From Paramecium tetraurelia (lineage: Eukaryota), in NCBI GenBank assembly GCA_000165425.1, contig CT868037.1, forward strand, positions 62,001-126,000: a DNA stretch of 64,000 bases, given 5' to 3'. Made by a program: the position numbers and the translations under genes. Shown here one piece after another: positions 49,407 through 62,600 of the stretch. Position 1 is the stretch's first letter. Each line of letters opens with the position of its first letter. The notes below the pieces were generated by a model. That model was not told the origin of the DNA. It ran no database searches and worked only from the letters and a program-made list of their open reading frames with translations.

Positions 49407-51467
49407 ATGGGATTTGATTAGTAATTGATGGAACGATTTGAACGTCTATTGCCTTTAGCGTTAGAAGTAGAAGGAGGATAAATATATCAATAGGAGTATT
49501 AGAACCAACCCAACAACTCTCGAATTTCATAAGATTCTTATAATCAATCACAATATAAAAGATAACAAAAAAATTAGAACAAAGGAAATAACTAAATTAA
49601 GGATGTTTCCTTACTCACCAAAGAAGATATTAAAGAATATTATTTTGATGTATTTCTCAAAAATAAGTGCGACAAAATTCTAGACTTGAGAACCTGCTAC
49701 TTATATTTTGATATGGTAATTAATTTAGGATCTGAGAATGCTGCTCTAATAATGCAAAAAGCTTGTAATTAAACCTTGGAAGGTGTCATAAATAAAAACA
49801 CTATTTCAATAGCTAATAATTTGGATTAAAATAAATTATAAAAAAGTATTATTGAGGCCAGAAAGAAATAATTTTAAAAGTTTTGTGAAGTGAAACCATT
49901 TTGCAGGAAGTTTGAAAAGGATCTCAATAATAGACTCAGCAAAATCTAAGAACGAATTGCATCGGAACTATCGGATAATGACAGTGCTTCCAGTGCTCCT
50001 AATATTTAGTAAAGAGCTGTTATAAAGAATAATTAAATGAAAGATATTAAATCGAAAATCAATTAGCCAAAGCCTCAAAAGCCTATAACTCAACAAGTAG
50101 TGGTTGATAAACTAAAATAAAATCAAAAGGAAATTCAATAGATTGATAATAAAATAAATCTATAGACATTGAATAAAATCAAAGGAGTAGATAAATAGAC
50201 AGCACAATTTTTAATTGATAAAAATGATAATATTCATTTATCTGACTTAGCAACTGTACTATTAGTTTATAATGACCCAAACTTAGATGATAAACACAAA
50301 GGCATCTGCTTTAGTTTAGATCCACTAGTATTGCCTAACTAGGAAGAATTCAAACAATAGGAGAAAGTGTGTTGGCCAGATAAGTTTGTGAATAGGAATA
50401 TTATACAAGATACTGAATTTGCCTAAATACTATTTGAAACAGATTATTTGCTAAAATTAATGAGTCTTGGGGTTTAAGATGATGGCAAAACTCCTTTTGT
50501 ATATCCGAAAGAACTTTCAGATAAGGGTTTAAAATCATGTATAGCATTTGGATAGGGAAAATTTATAAAATTATTGTGTAGATTTTGGTTAGTACCATAA
50601 TAATGCACTTATCAATTCTAAGATAATAAATATGTAGTGAATGATATAAAAATAATGTGTTAAGCTAGACAAATAGAGAGAGTTAATTCATAATTGTAAG
50701 ATAAGTAAGCTTAGGATATCAACGATATGTCATACTAGTTTGCTGAGAAGTTCACTGAATTGTATGATTAAATAGCAATTCATTATCCAATTTTTAATAG
50801 ACTTAAATAATTGTTCAAGGCTGTTGCTTTAGGTAAATGGATGTATTCGAATAGAGTAAGAGTGGATTACCAAAAATTATAATAATCAATTATAAAAGTT
50901 AATAATCAGCCAAAAGTGATTCCAATTCTAAAGTATGAGTAGATTGGAGATGAAATGAAGATACCAGTTAATTACACAAAAGAGGAGAAGATTCAGAAGG
51001 CAAAAGATTATTTGGTTGAGAAAGGCCATCCAACAACTCAAAATTTAATTGACTAAGTAGTGTAGCAAATTCCTGACTTGAAGGGATATTAGATTTCATA
51101 ATAAGTCTTTTATACTCTTGGAGGTATAGATCCAAATTGTTAGAATATGATTGCTTAGGATGTTGTGAAAGAGAAGAAAGGATAGGAGAGAGAGGAAGAA
51201 GAGGTTTAGGCAGAGATACCCTTCTTCCCTTGTATAAAGTGTAAGGAATGTTAAAGGATGGTTGAAAAATAATTAATTTATATGGATCAAAGTAAATGTT
51301 CAGTTCACAATGATTTTACATGTTTTTTATGTTTAGAATTGGTGACAAACGAAGACAAGGAGCCGAGATGTTGTGTAATAAATAAATTCAAATATATATT
51401 TCACAAAGAATGTAGCGAAGAGTATGAGACAATATTAAATAGAAAGAAAGATATATTAGATTTTTGA
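49407..51467 (+). CDS. Intronless 686-aa protein: GH108 (lysozyme-like)/peptidoglycan-binding module + DUF1598-like domain + C-terminal Zn finger
   Basis: Continuous code-6 frame, 2061 nt. N-terminus FERLLPLALEVEGG..DVSLLTKEDIKEYYFDVFLKNKCDKI..YFDMVINLGSENAALIMQKAC..EGVINKNTI..EARKKQF..FEKDLNNRL; middle FSLDP..DTEFAQILFETDYLLKLMSLG..RFWLVP..FAEKFTELYDQIAIHYPIFNRLKQL..GG; tail CKEC..CSVH..CFLC..FHKEC. Confidence 0.8.
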
Positions 51468-51517
51468 AGTTTATTCTTATAATTGATAGAATTTATGATT
51501 GTATTATTATTGTTTCA

Positions 51518-52678
51518 TCACACAACAATTTCCAAAAGTGCTGCTCTTGTTCTATCATTAAAGTTGTTTTCAAATAGTTCCAACAATTAAAGTACAATCT
51601 AGATTTATTCGTTTCTAGAAACTCTAGCTTGTTCAGCAGCATTGTTGTCCTCCTTACAAGCCACTTCAAATGACTTTCTTTCAACTTCTTTGTTGTCATA
51701 GATGATCTATTAAAGAAGGGCCTATTGTTAGAGATCCTCTAATCTTTATTAAGCAAATTCAGCAGCAGCCTAGTCATCAGCGATTTGACCTGACAATCTG
51801 ACATTCTCTTTCTGGAGTCGGATCCTAAGGGAATTATATGAATGAGACATACAAGTCTTATTAGAAGAACTTCTCTGCCCAATCCTCAGCATACATTTCT
51901 CTCTTTTGGACATCATAAATGCTTTCGATCAAGTCGTTGATGATATCTACAATCACTTAGACATTGTCATTGTCTGAATGTATTTTGGCATCAGAGCATA
52001 ATTCCATAAGTAATGAGGTGATGCTCTTGAATTCTGAATTCTAGGCGTAGTTCTTTACTTTGAATATGATCAACGTATATACTTAGTTGTTCGTGATGAT
52101 CTTTTAATTAAACTAGAGCACCTCCTGGATGTGGGGTTTATAGTTATCTGATGATTTGTTATGCTTATTTTAAACCATTAATTAATCCTATCAACTCATC
52201 TCTTTTTTGTTCATATAATTGATGATCTTTTCTTCTTTGTTCAGATAAGTTTATTTATAATTGATCATTTCTTTGAATTTCAGCATTCTTTTATTCTACT
52301 TAACCTAATTTGTTGGCTAATTCTTCTTATTTTCCTGGGATTTACCTTTCGTAATCAGCCTTAGCTACAACAGCCTTCTCCTGAATTGAATTGATTAATG
52401 AGAACTGATCAGCGCATTAAGCCTACCTTTCTCCGTTGGCCTTACTAGATCGTGCATCTTCATCTCTTAAATCGTAGAAAAGCTTGTTCAACATAGTATA
52501 AATTTATCTGGCAGCATTTCTAATACATTTTAAAGATAGACAAGTACTCTTATGTAAGTTCAAGCTGGATAGTTTGTAGTATTTGGCGACCAAAACTATT
52601 TGAAGCTACTTGTTGTAAAAATTCAGGTTGCTGACCTAAAGCGCAGATCAGAAGGGTAACCAAAATAATGAATTTCAT
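51518..52678 (-). CDS. TMP: Trichocyst matrix protein family member (divergent)
   Basis: Signal peptide MKFIILVTLLICALG; SFGRQILQTIQLEL..ARQIYTMLNKL; conserved Cys in helical blocks; ALVQL motif; short introns; TGA 51518. Confidence 0.75.
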
Positions 52679-52755
52679 TATGAATATTAAAAAAACGAAT
52701 ACACATCTAAAATACAAATAATGATAAAATCATAATACTAAAATAGATTATCAAT

Positions 52756-54854
52756 TCATTGGATTCCTACCTCTCTAAAGAATGCCTTTACGTGATCAAA
52801 ATCTAATTCAGTCAAATTGTTGTTATGTCCACAGTCCACATTAATTAATTGTCCAATTTTGGTTATGTAATGGGATGTCAATTTCATCTCAATATTGGTT
52901 CCTCTCTCAGTAGATTCATTCAGATTATGCGTCTATTAGGTGTCATCCATATACTCTGAGAAGCGATCAACAATTTTATTGAATTGATCTAAGATTATTT
53001 AGCCATCTTGTTTTAACTAAATAATTATAGTTTAATATACATTCTCCCAATCATTTTGATTTGCCTCTAAGTTCAAGAACTCCGTCATTTCCTACCTGTA
53101 GAATGAATACTGTTATATAAAGTTACGATGGTGGTCGTGCATCCCAAAGGTGAAACAACATGCAAAGAAGCACTAGATCTTCTCCTCAAAATTGTCTTAG
53201 CTGTAAATCAACAGATCAATCAAAGCTGTATTACTGTACTTTAAGGCGTACATTATTTCAAACATTGAATACAGGAGGGGCTACATTCTCTCCAACTCCT
53301 CAACAGTAATCAATTCCACGTAGTTTTCTTAATTGTGAATCGTTTAAATAGTGTTCATATTGATCAGAGTTCTATCTTGAAGATACTCCATTTATTATTC
53401 CAGTTAGTTCAATTTCACTAGCAAACTAACTACTCTATTTAAACTATCTGATAGAATCTTCATTTGTTAAGGATTGAGAATGTTTTGGTAGAAGAATTTC
53501 TAAAAACTGGCTGACTCCTGATCTAACATAGACGTAATCTTGCTGAAATATTTCTCTTTATAGGGACTGAACCATTCTCTCGCTACTGCTACTTGTAATT
53601 GAGCAACGTAAGGGATGATTTCATCTTTGGAATCTTGCACGATCAATTTATGTCCTTTGTAATTCCAATAGCTCATGTATATAGGTTTATCCCAGTCCGT
53701 TACGATATTGAGAATCATCCTTATACAACTGCTAAAACACTTTGAAGCCACCTATCCCAGAGATGAGAATGTTCTATCAACAATCAAAAAATCTAGATTG
53801 TTTTACAAAGCCACCTCTCCCGCAATTGATCCCCCTAATGAATACCCTTAGATGCCAAACCGAGTTATGTTGAAATGTTCTCTGAAGTAATTGACTAGGG
53901 TATTGGCATCTTAGAGGAGGGCTTTGGGATTGATTTAGCCAGTACTATAACCATATTATCTATAATTCCAAACTATCACATTTATTTTATTGTATTCATA
54001 GAATCTAAACCAATTACACTAGAATATAGATTCATTATTTACATCATAGTACATATATTCATAATACCCTCCATTGGGATTACAAAAGAGCACTGTGTTA
54101 TTTGGCTGATCGTCTGTTTGATTGATCAAGTACATGCAATCAATTTTTGTGTTTCCATTGATGATCATCACTCTCTTAGCATTTTAATTCTACAATTATA
54201 TCATTGCCCTAAATTCATTCAAACCACCAAACAGTTCCAAAGAGCACCACCTTTTAAATTTTTGCAATCCCTTCAATTCTTGCACATGCTTATTTGCGAT
54301 ATTGTACATGGCATCCAAATTGGTTATCAAATAATCAACATACTTTTATTCAATCTGATTACCTTTCAATATTTACTAATACAAATATTCATCGTTGCAT
54401 TTGATTCGAAGTATTTAGAGTATTTGCTTGAGACAATTGCTATACTCCTACTGGAGTTCGCTTTGGTTTTGCATTGTTTAAAATATCTATCCTTATGTTT
54501 CAGACCATTGTAAAATGTTTACGTTTGGCTGTTTGCGTTGGCACAAGATTTCCTCGAATTCCTTGACCTGCTATTGCACTCTCTATTATTTTGGTTGAGT
54601 CTTACTTTGGCATGTAACAATCCTTGATTATTTTGGTTGATCCTCTGGTATAATTTGAATGAGCCAGGGTAGATCAAGGCCTGGCAGATCAACCTCAAGA
54701 ACAGGTAGAGGATTCCCAATAGGAATAGTAAACTGAGAGTAAAGTCAAGGAATAAGTGAAGAACACCAAATGTTCCAAATATAAATAGTATAACTATGGC
54801 GTAAAGGCAAATAATATGAGTATCCGTTTTAATATTAATAATAATGAAAGTCAT
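52756..54854 (-). CDS. Membrane-anchored alpha/beta hydrolase (ABHD13/Bem46-like); start codon ambiguous (ATG 54854 or ACG 54827)
   Basis: Two N-terminal TM helices + ALIYPGS; TVLFCNPNGGYYE, VIVWNYRQYGYSTG, nucleophile GYSLGG, IVDRTFSSL, DEIIP, C-terminal CGHNN; several short introns. Confidence 0.85.
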
Positions 54855-55963
54855 CGCTTTAGTGTTAGTTGGTTTATTGTGTGTTTCCGCTGAAACCCAA
54901 ACAAGATCACCAGGCTAATTGTTGGTTGATCACATCAATAGTTTGATCCTCTCCATCCGTAACGAACAAACAGAACACGACGACATCTACACAGTCTAAC
55001 AAAGAGAATGCGGAGATGAATTGGGATTCAGAAAGAAGGAAGTCCAAGACGCTGTTGATGCCTTAACTAGAGCAACAGAACACAAGGGAAGAGCCCAAGC
55101 TGCTCATGCTTCAGCCACAGCCGATTTGATCAGAGTCAAGACCTATCAATAAATCCTTGAAGACTAAGTTGAATTCATTACCACCAGAAGAAACGACAGA
55201 GCTGCCAACTTCAACAAGAAAGTTTAAAATATCAACACATCATTGTCTTTGATCGATGGTGCTGAATAAATCGTCAATGTAAATTGTTTAAATTCACAAC
55301 TCTTAGGAATTCGCCAACTCCTCAGCTTCATTCATCCAAGTCACAAAACACTTCAACAACATGTTCCTCCAAGCCACCAAAGCTGGTAATGCTGGTGAAT
55401 ATGCTCCCTTGTTGTCTGTCCTCGTCGAATTAAGTGGAGACGGAAACGTTAGCGTCGATAACATCAACAGAATCAGATAATTATTAAACGAATTAAGAGA
55501 AAAATTATCAGCTGCTCTCTCACAATTGACAGATAACGAAAACACCCAAATTGAAGTCTTCTAAGCCAGAAAGAACAGAGTCCAAGACGTCATCACCCTC
55601 TTAGTTAACGTCTAAGGATAATTGACTGCCTACATCGCCCAATTATAAGCCACCATCACCAAAGAAGAAGACATCATCAACTCAGCCACCAGCAAGAGAA
55701 TCAGAAACTAAAACTTACTTAACTATGCTAGTGATATGTGCAATGCCTTCAATACTGAATACAGTGACAGCACTGGTGCCAGAAGAAAGGAAGTCGAACT
55801 CTTGACCAAATTGAGAACCTTCGTCGAATAAAGAGTTGAAGAATTCAATCAATATGGAGGAGATCCCACCGACGTCTTCGCCAGTTATGCCAAATAAGGA
55901 TCTGCCTAAGCTGCTGAAGCTCAATTCCTCTAACTTAGAGCCAACCTTAGATCCAGAAAGTGA
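54844..55963 (+). CDS. TMP: Trichocyst matrix protein precursor
   Basis: Signal peptide MKVIALVLVGLLCVSA; helical blocks EQTEHDD..QQRECGDEL, SFIQV, NMFLQ, DMCNAFNTEY..ARRKEVELL, AQFLQL; codon usage typical of highly expressed genes; one intron near 55279-55306. Confidence 0.9.
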
Positions 55964-56021
55964 GTTTATAATTTCATAAAATTTAAACAAATCATAAATT
56001 CTTATTATTTTATAAATAAAA

Positions 56022-56999
56022 TCAATTAAATTTTGGATAGCTATTACTACTGTAAGGATTCTAGGATTAAGGCTATTGATTATATAAAGCTTAAGCATAA
56101 GGGTTTTATTAATTTGGAATTGATTACTATTATAAATATTAAGGATATTATTGTTATTATTATTATTATGGATAATTAGCATACTATTGTTATTAAGGAT
56201 ATTATTAATACTATTATTATTATTATTAATATGGATTACCTTATTAAGGCTGTTATTATTATAAATTTATATTTTATTATTAATTTATTTAAGGCACTAC
56301 AATTGCAGGAACAGCAATCATAGGCTTTGCTATTTATAGCTTTGGAACACCTGTAAGTGCACCTTATCCAGCGCTGTTTGTAGAATTGCTAAGATTCCTC
56401 TCAGGTTATTCACTAATTCTTTGAATTCTTAGTATTCCTAATTTTTGCATTTCCAATTTGAAGTCCTCTGGTAAGGGTAGCACATCAATCTCCAACCACT
56501 CTACACATTTCTTTTAGCTATTGCTTTACTATTTTATTTTACCCTCCTTTGAATGCTCCAAATGTAAATCCTGGGAAACAAAATCCAAATGACTTGTCAC
56601 CCCTTCCGCCAAATGTTAAAGCCTTCCCTCGATAGGTTACAAATGTAATATTTATGATTCTGTTCTTCTTGGCAGATTAGTATGCACCAAATATTTCACT
56701 TACGTAATCGTCAGGCCCTATTTCTAATATTGTATTCTATAGTTCTTTCTTTGATTTTGGGACATTATGACCTGCTTTCAAAAGATCACCAGCAAATAAT
56801 TTGTAAAATATTTCGAATCCACGTATACTAAAATATAGAATGCAACACATTACTATTTTTCAGTATAGAAAACCCGGATAGCCTATATCTTCTTAAAACC
56901 TCCAGCCTTTTAGAGTTGAATACCATCATCAAAGACATCCAATTTTTAATTTTAAATCCCAATTAAAGCCTTATTTGGGGCAATCACAACAACCTACAT
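56022..56999 (-). CDS. Jacalin-like lectin domain protein with Q/P/Y/N-rich low-complexity tail
   Basis: FDDG..KIQAIRVFY..IRGFEIFY..LEIGPDDYVSEIFGAY..IINITFVTYRGKALTFGG..FGAFKGG; tail of QQQYPQ-type repeats; two short introns. Confidence 0.8.
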
Positions 57000-57950
57000 T
57001 TTATTATATATTAAATTAATTATGATAATCTTTTTCTAATTTATTTGGATTCAACTGTCCTCACTCTCATTAATCTAATATAGATAAGTATTATTATTGA
57101 TTTACATTTTAAAAAAGCTCAAATATTTCATCTATGTTTAACAATTCTATATTCCTATATCAATATTTTTAAATTAGTTTTTACAAATCTTCCTGATAAA
57201 CCAAATCCAATTTCAATATGTACCTTTTTCAAAATAAAATCGTGCTTCTCTTACTATAAATCAATTTAATAATTAATTTTTCGCAATTATTGTTTCTTAT
57301 ATTCTCTTTGAATATCTACATCAACATCATTTTATTTTAGACAGAATTTAATGTTTAATTCCTACTATTAATGAAATTAACTAGATAATTAATTTAATCT
57401 TGAGTATTGTTCGAAATCAATTTTTTAGGTATTCCATATGTCTTTGAATATAAAATTATTTTTGTCCTTGTTTTTTTCTTGAATCAGAAGATTTAAATTG
57501 CAAGAAATATGAAGGTAAATGACTTTCTATTCATCATTCCATTTAATCATTGCTAGTAATATTTTGTTATACCCTTATTCTCAGAATTAGATATTCATAA
57601 TATTGATTAATTTTATAATTTAATTTCTCTGCATAGTTTCCAAATATGAAATTAAAAAATATATAAATACATAAATAACAATCAGTTAATTAAGTTAATT
57701 AAGTAGTTTTTAAGAAATAATAGTATAATAATATTACTGATTGTTTCCCAGATGAAAGTATATAATAAACTTGTAAGAATCTCATTAATTAAATTAAGTA
57801 TTTTTTGAGAATAATTCAAATATTATTTTAAGAAGAATATTTAATTACTCAAATAAATAAAGAAAAAATTATTTAAGAAAAAAAAGTATAATTTGATCCG
57901 AATAATAAATCCCCTTACATCCCAATTTAGAAAATAAAATTAAAAAATGA

Positions 57951-59597
57951 TCATTTTAATTATTAGGCCTTATTTGCTTTATTTCTTTTTTCTATTTCCA
58001 TTAATTATTTTAACCGTTTCTGTTATTTGGAATAACAGTATCCTATCATGGATAACATTACAACACAAACAACGCCAAGTATTATCACAAAAATAGTATA
58101 ATTCTATTACTCTTCGGCAGAGAATAGGGGTCTCCTTACTTCAAAAGTATAATGAAAATCAGTCCAACAATAAAGCAAATCTTCTTATGTTTCTATTTTC
58201 TTTGAACAGTTTGTGCTTTTCAATATCATCTATAATGTGTAGGAATAATAATTACATTTGATTAGTAGCGTCCTGATTTAGCATTATTGCTATTACATAT
58301 CATGTAAGTAGGATAATAATAATAGGAGAACTTATAAAATCCATGAGGAGACACAGCAATGAGAGTATCATTGCTATCCCCAGATGTTTCAACTCCAAGC
58401 AAATTGCCACTAAAAAAATAGTTTTCCCTAATTAAAAAGTAAGAATATACAATTAATGATTTTATTTATCTAAATATTTATCTGGCATTCTTGTGAGTAA
58501 GATCTTATGATCATGCAATCCTCTTATTATAACTAAATTATCATCAATAATGTCAGCCCTTTGTAACTTGCTCTTCGTAACATATTTTCTGATTTGTATC
58601 CATTCGTCATTTTTTACATAAAATTCAACAACTTAATAACTTGATTTGAAGTTTTGAAGTACAATCAAAGTTGTGTCCTTTGCAGAAATGGAATGACAGT
58701 CTTAAAGGTTAATAGTTCCAAATTTATCATTTTTTGTAAAAGTGCCATTGAAATATATGTTAAATAGGGATACTCCATTTTTAGCATCTAATATGTAAAG
58801 TTTATCTTCAAAAACTGCAATGTCAACAATTTAGAGATTTTCTAAAGTTTTATTGTATAAGTCAATTGATTTTATAGTTTTAACGTGTTTTACATGATTA
58901 TGCGATATCTAATAGATTAACAAACCGTCTTCTTCTTAAGCACAATAAAGCCAGCCATTGCTAGCTACAAGTCTCATTTTTTTTTATGGAGAAATCCATT
59001 CAGAGATTAAAGAGGCATCCAATTATTCTTATTGAAACTAAAATTTTATTAAATGATCTTTGAAGAAAGCAAAAAAATATCTTGATTTCTCATCATAAAT
59101 TAATGTTCCTGATTCTTGATTGAGAGTAATATAAGGTAGAGTTTAATTTTTTATATTAATGGGGTTGTTGCCATTTGATTGAATCAAATAGACATTTCCT
59201 TTTGAAGTCAATACACAAATTCCATCAGGACTGTTAGCTATTGAAATCAATTTTTCTCGGTATCCTACAAACAAATCCTCCTCGGAGAGGTCATCCAAAC
59301 TCTTCTTAACTTGTTGAGTCACCAATGGCACCAATCCTTCAGGAGATATTGTTAGAGAAACTCCTTAATAAAAAGGTTAACAAAATGTCTTAGATATGTC
59401 ATTTCCTGTAAAATTGACTGATCTAATTAGATAATTGATGGGGTATACAATATTTTGCCATAATCATCAAATTGCTAGTAATAAATCTATTATTCTGCAT
59501 TCAACAAAACTTTCACTTCTTTGATCCCAGACGTATCGACAAATAGAGTGGTGTTGAGTTGAAGTGTAGTTGCTACTAAAATGAAAATGATCAGCAT
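57951..59597 (-). CDS. Type I membrane protein with beta-propeller-like ectodomain
   Basis: Signal peptide MLIIFILVATTLQL; beta-strand repeats LYCAQEEDGLLIYQI, IVDIAVFEDKLYILDAKNGV; TM LYYFCDNTLGVVCVVMLSMIGYCY; basic tail; TGA 57951. Confidence 0.75.
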
Positions 59598-59665
59598 GCA
59601 AATGAGAATAAATTAAAATATAGAGTTTTTAATTATAATTATAAAATAAATAGAAAAATTGTCAA

Positions 59666-62600
59666 TCATCTTAAAAGTTTCAATAAAGAAATGGTATAAA
59701 TGTCTAGCATAATTTCTAAGGGCAATAGAGTTATTAGCAATCTGATATAAATCAATCTTAAATTGACTTTCACTACGACAAAAACTGATGAAGAAAGAAG
59801 AAATAAAATAAACATTACGCCAACTAAAATCTAATAGATATTTTATTGGTCTTGCTGATCGTGAATCACAGATATTATGCATTCTTGCATCCTGACAATG
59901 AAGGCTTCAAAACCTATAAAAGTGTCAAGTTAATATTGAATGATGATGTTATTAAAATCCTACGTATTGATTTGTGAGTTTAGTAAAGCAAAGTCTTTAA
60001 CTGATTCTCCTGTCTCAATTTCAGTTTCAAAATAAGAAGAGAGAAAATTATCCATTTTACTTACCATCCCAGATATTCCTTTACTTAAATACTCAGAATT
60101 GTTGTCTTTATTTTAAAACTTTCCGTATTTATTCTCAAATTCAATTTTACTTATGTTTTTATTGCAAAATGGAATATAAGAATAATAAAGCTAACAAAAA
60201 TCTCCATTGTACAAACCTAGAATAAATATTTCATCTTCTCCGTTCATAGCATCAGATTAAATTATATTATTATAAATGTCATTGAAATTATTGTGATCAA
60301 AGTTATAAACACTAAGTAAAAGAGGAATTGTATTTAAGTGGTTTTCATAATAGTTGATAGTTTTGGCATAAGAGGGAATGACTTCCTTCATAAAGTCATA
60401 AATCTGTAATTCAGATTTTAATATCAACAAAATTGCAATAGAATTCTCAAAATCAATATAAAATGAAATGTAATCCATGGCCAATTCTTACGTAGGTGAT
60501 AATTTTTAACTCTAATCAATATATATTAGATAACTGCCTAAGAAATACAAAATTATAAAAATGGCTAAGGATAGAACTAAAATGCTTTCTAGAATCAATC
60601 TAATAGAAGGGCTTTATATTCTAGAATTCAAAGGGATTGTTAATTATGTTGATTTTTTATTGTATGATTCTCCTTGATTCGAATTGAAAATGGATTCTCT
60701 CTGTTTTTTGCTATGCAAGGATTTTAGATTGACCCTCTTTGACTAGAAATCAGAGTAGCAAAGCTTACTACAATTTCTCTGTTTGTAACCGAACTCACCA
60801 TACAGTTGCTTTATCACAGTAATTATTAATTTGAACTTATTGATTTGAGTTTCTGCTGCTTTTTCACTCAGACGATTTGACAACATCAATATTCTTTAAC
60901 AATACAACTCTATTTTCTTCCAAAAATATAATTAAGATAGGATAACTAAGCCAATAACTATGATTTAAACCAAAATTGAATTAAAAAATGTAGAAATCTT
61001 TTCGCTTTATTAAATTTCAAAATATGAACTCAACGAAGTAATGACCTTCTCATTGTTGTTGATTATATTTCCAAAATTTATCCTGTATTTTAGAAGGTTG
61101 CTTAAATAATCTTATTAATTATCGCTATGCATTAACCTAAATCCTACTTATTCAAGGTAATACAGATAACCCGTAAATTCAACATCTTCTGCAGGTAGAT
61201 TTTCACTTAAATGGATTATTTAAATGTCATCTAAGTAATTATTTTCTTCAAGAGATATAAAGCTACCATACATGTTTGTAAGATTTATAAAAGTAGTTTT
61301 CATAAGGGTAGATTACTCCTCTAGTTGGTTCTCTAAAAATTCACTTGTATTTAAGATATTCAAATTTTTCATGGTAACCATCCAAGAATGAGTAAAAACG
61401 TTTAAAAAATATTTGTTAAAATTAATTGGTAGATTGATTTCGGATATAAAGTTTACTACTTGATTATTAAAGTTCCTAACTTGAACCAAGTTGATCGACA
61501 TAAAAATTATAAACAGCATAATTATTATAAGTTTTAAGATTGATACAATTGTTAGACTTGAGATTAAGGAGGTTTGAGTTTTGAATTTGTTGACAATTTC
61601 AATAGCAGTCTAAGAGGATGAACCAGATTTACCACTAGATTAAGACTTAAGTAATGCTCCTTGATTGGAATGATGTTCGTTGTTATTGTTCTAATTAATA
61701 TCATTGCTATTCACTTCATGAAAGCTTTCTGATTCTACTAAAGCCAGAGCATCTATTTGTTTAGATCCTCTTTTGTTGCCATAAGTAAAAACTTGATTTG
61801 AGTTAGAATGCTGACCAAGACAACTCTATTATTACATTTGAGAATAAATTGGACTGGCAATTGAAGAATCCATTTACTAATCAGCACTCTTATATTGACT
61901 CTGTTTATTACTAAAATTTCGATTATTGACATTGCGTAATTCACTTTACTAAGCTATGAACTATTTCTTTTCGTCATCCTAAAGATTGCTTTTATCAATA
62001 AACTCAGAGCAATCAAAGATGAAATAATATTATTTTTGTACTTTATTACCGAATTCAACCATTCGTATTTTGGCTGTACACTAATACATGCTTTTTTACA
62101 ACTCCTAAATATAGTAATAGCTTTACTTCTATAGCATTTAGAAAGTCAACCATTTGTTATTCTTTCTATTCGAATAGGGTTGACAAATTGTATTTCCTCT
62201 CTTAATTGTAATCATTTTAGATCTATCTACTTGGATCTATTGTAAGAGGATTTTCTTATTAATTAATGGACTTTATTTCAGTAATCAATCTTTAATTCAT
62301 CCCTTATTTTGGACTATGTATCATAGAACTTAGATGTTCAAATTAAGTAATTGTCTTGTTAGTTTATTCGATTTATTTAAGTGATTGAGCCTGGTAAGTT
62401 GAAAATATAGATTCATGAATTTTAGATAATTTAACTAAGTCTTGGTAAATATAGAGAACCACTGACTTTTATGAGATTGTTTCTTCTTTCTTTGAGAGCA
62501 TATCACTAATATACAAATGGATATGAGGTAGAAACATGTAGACATAAAATAGATCAACATTCTGTAAGAAAAATTCTAAGTTTTCTTTAGGTATCAAAAA

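Noticed and set aside
49407..51467. Possibility that the GH108-like gene is bacterial contamination
   Set aside because: It uses many in-frame TAA/TAG as Gln, ends in TGA, matches local base composition and is tightly flanked by intron-containing ciliate genes.
57010..57940. Long AT-rich gap with coding-like minus-strand fragments
   Set aside because: Interrupted by TGA in all frames; cannot be modelled.
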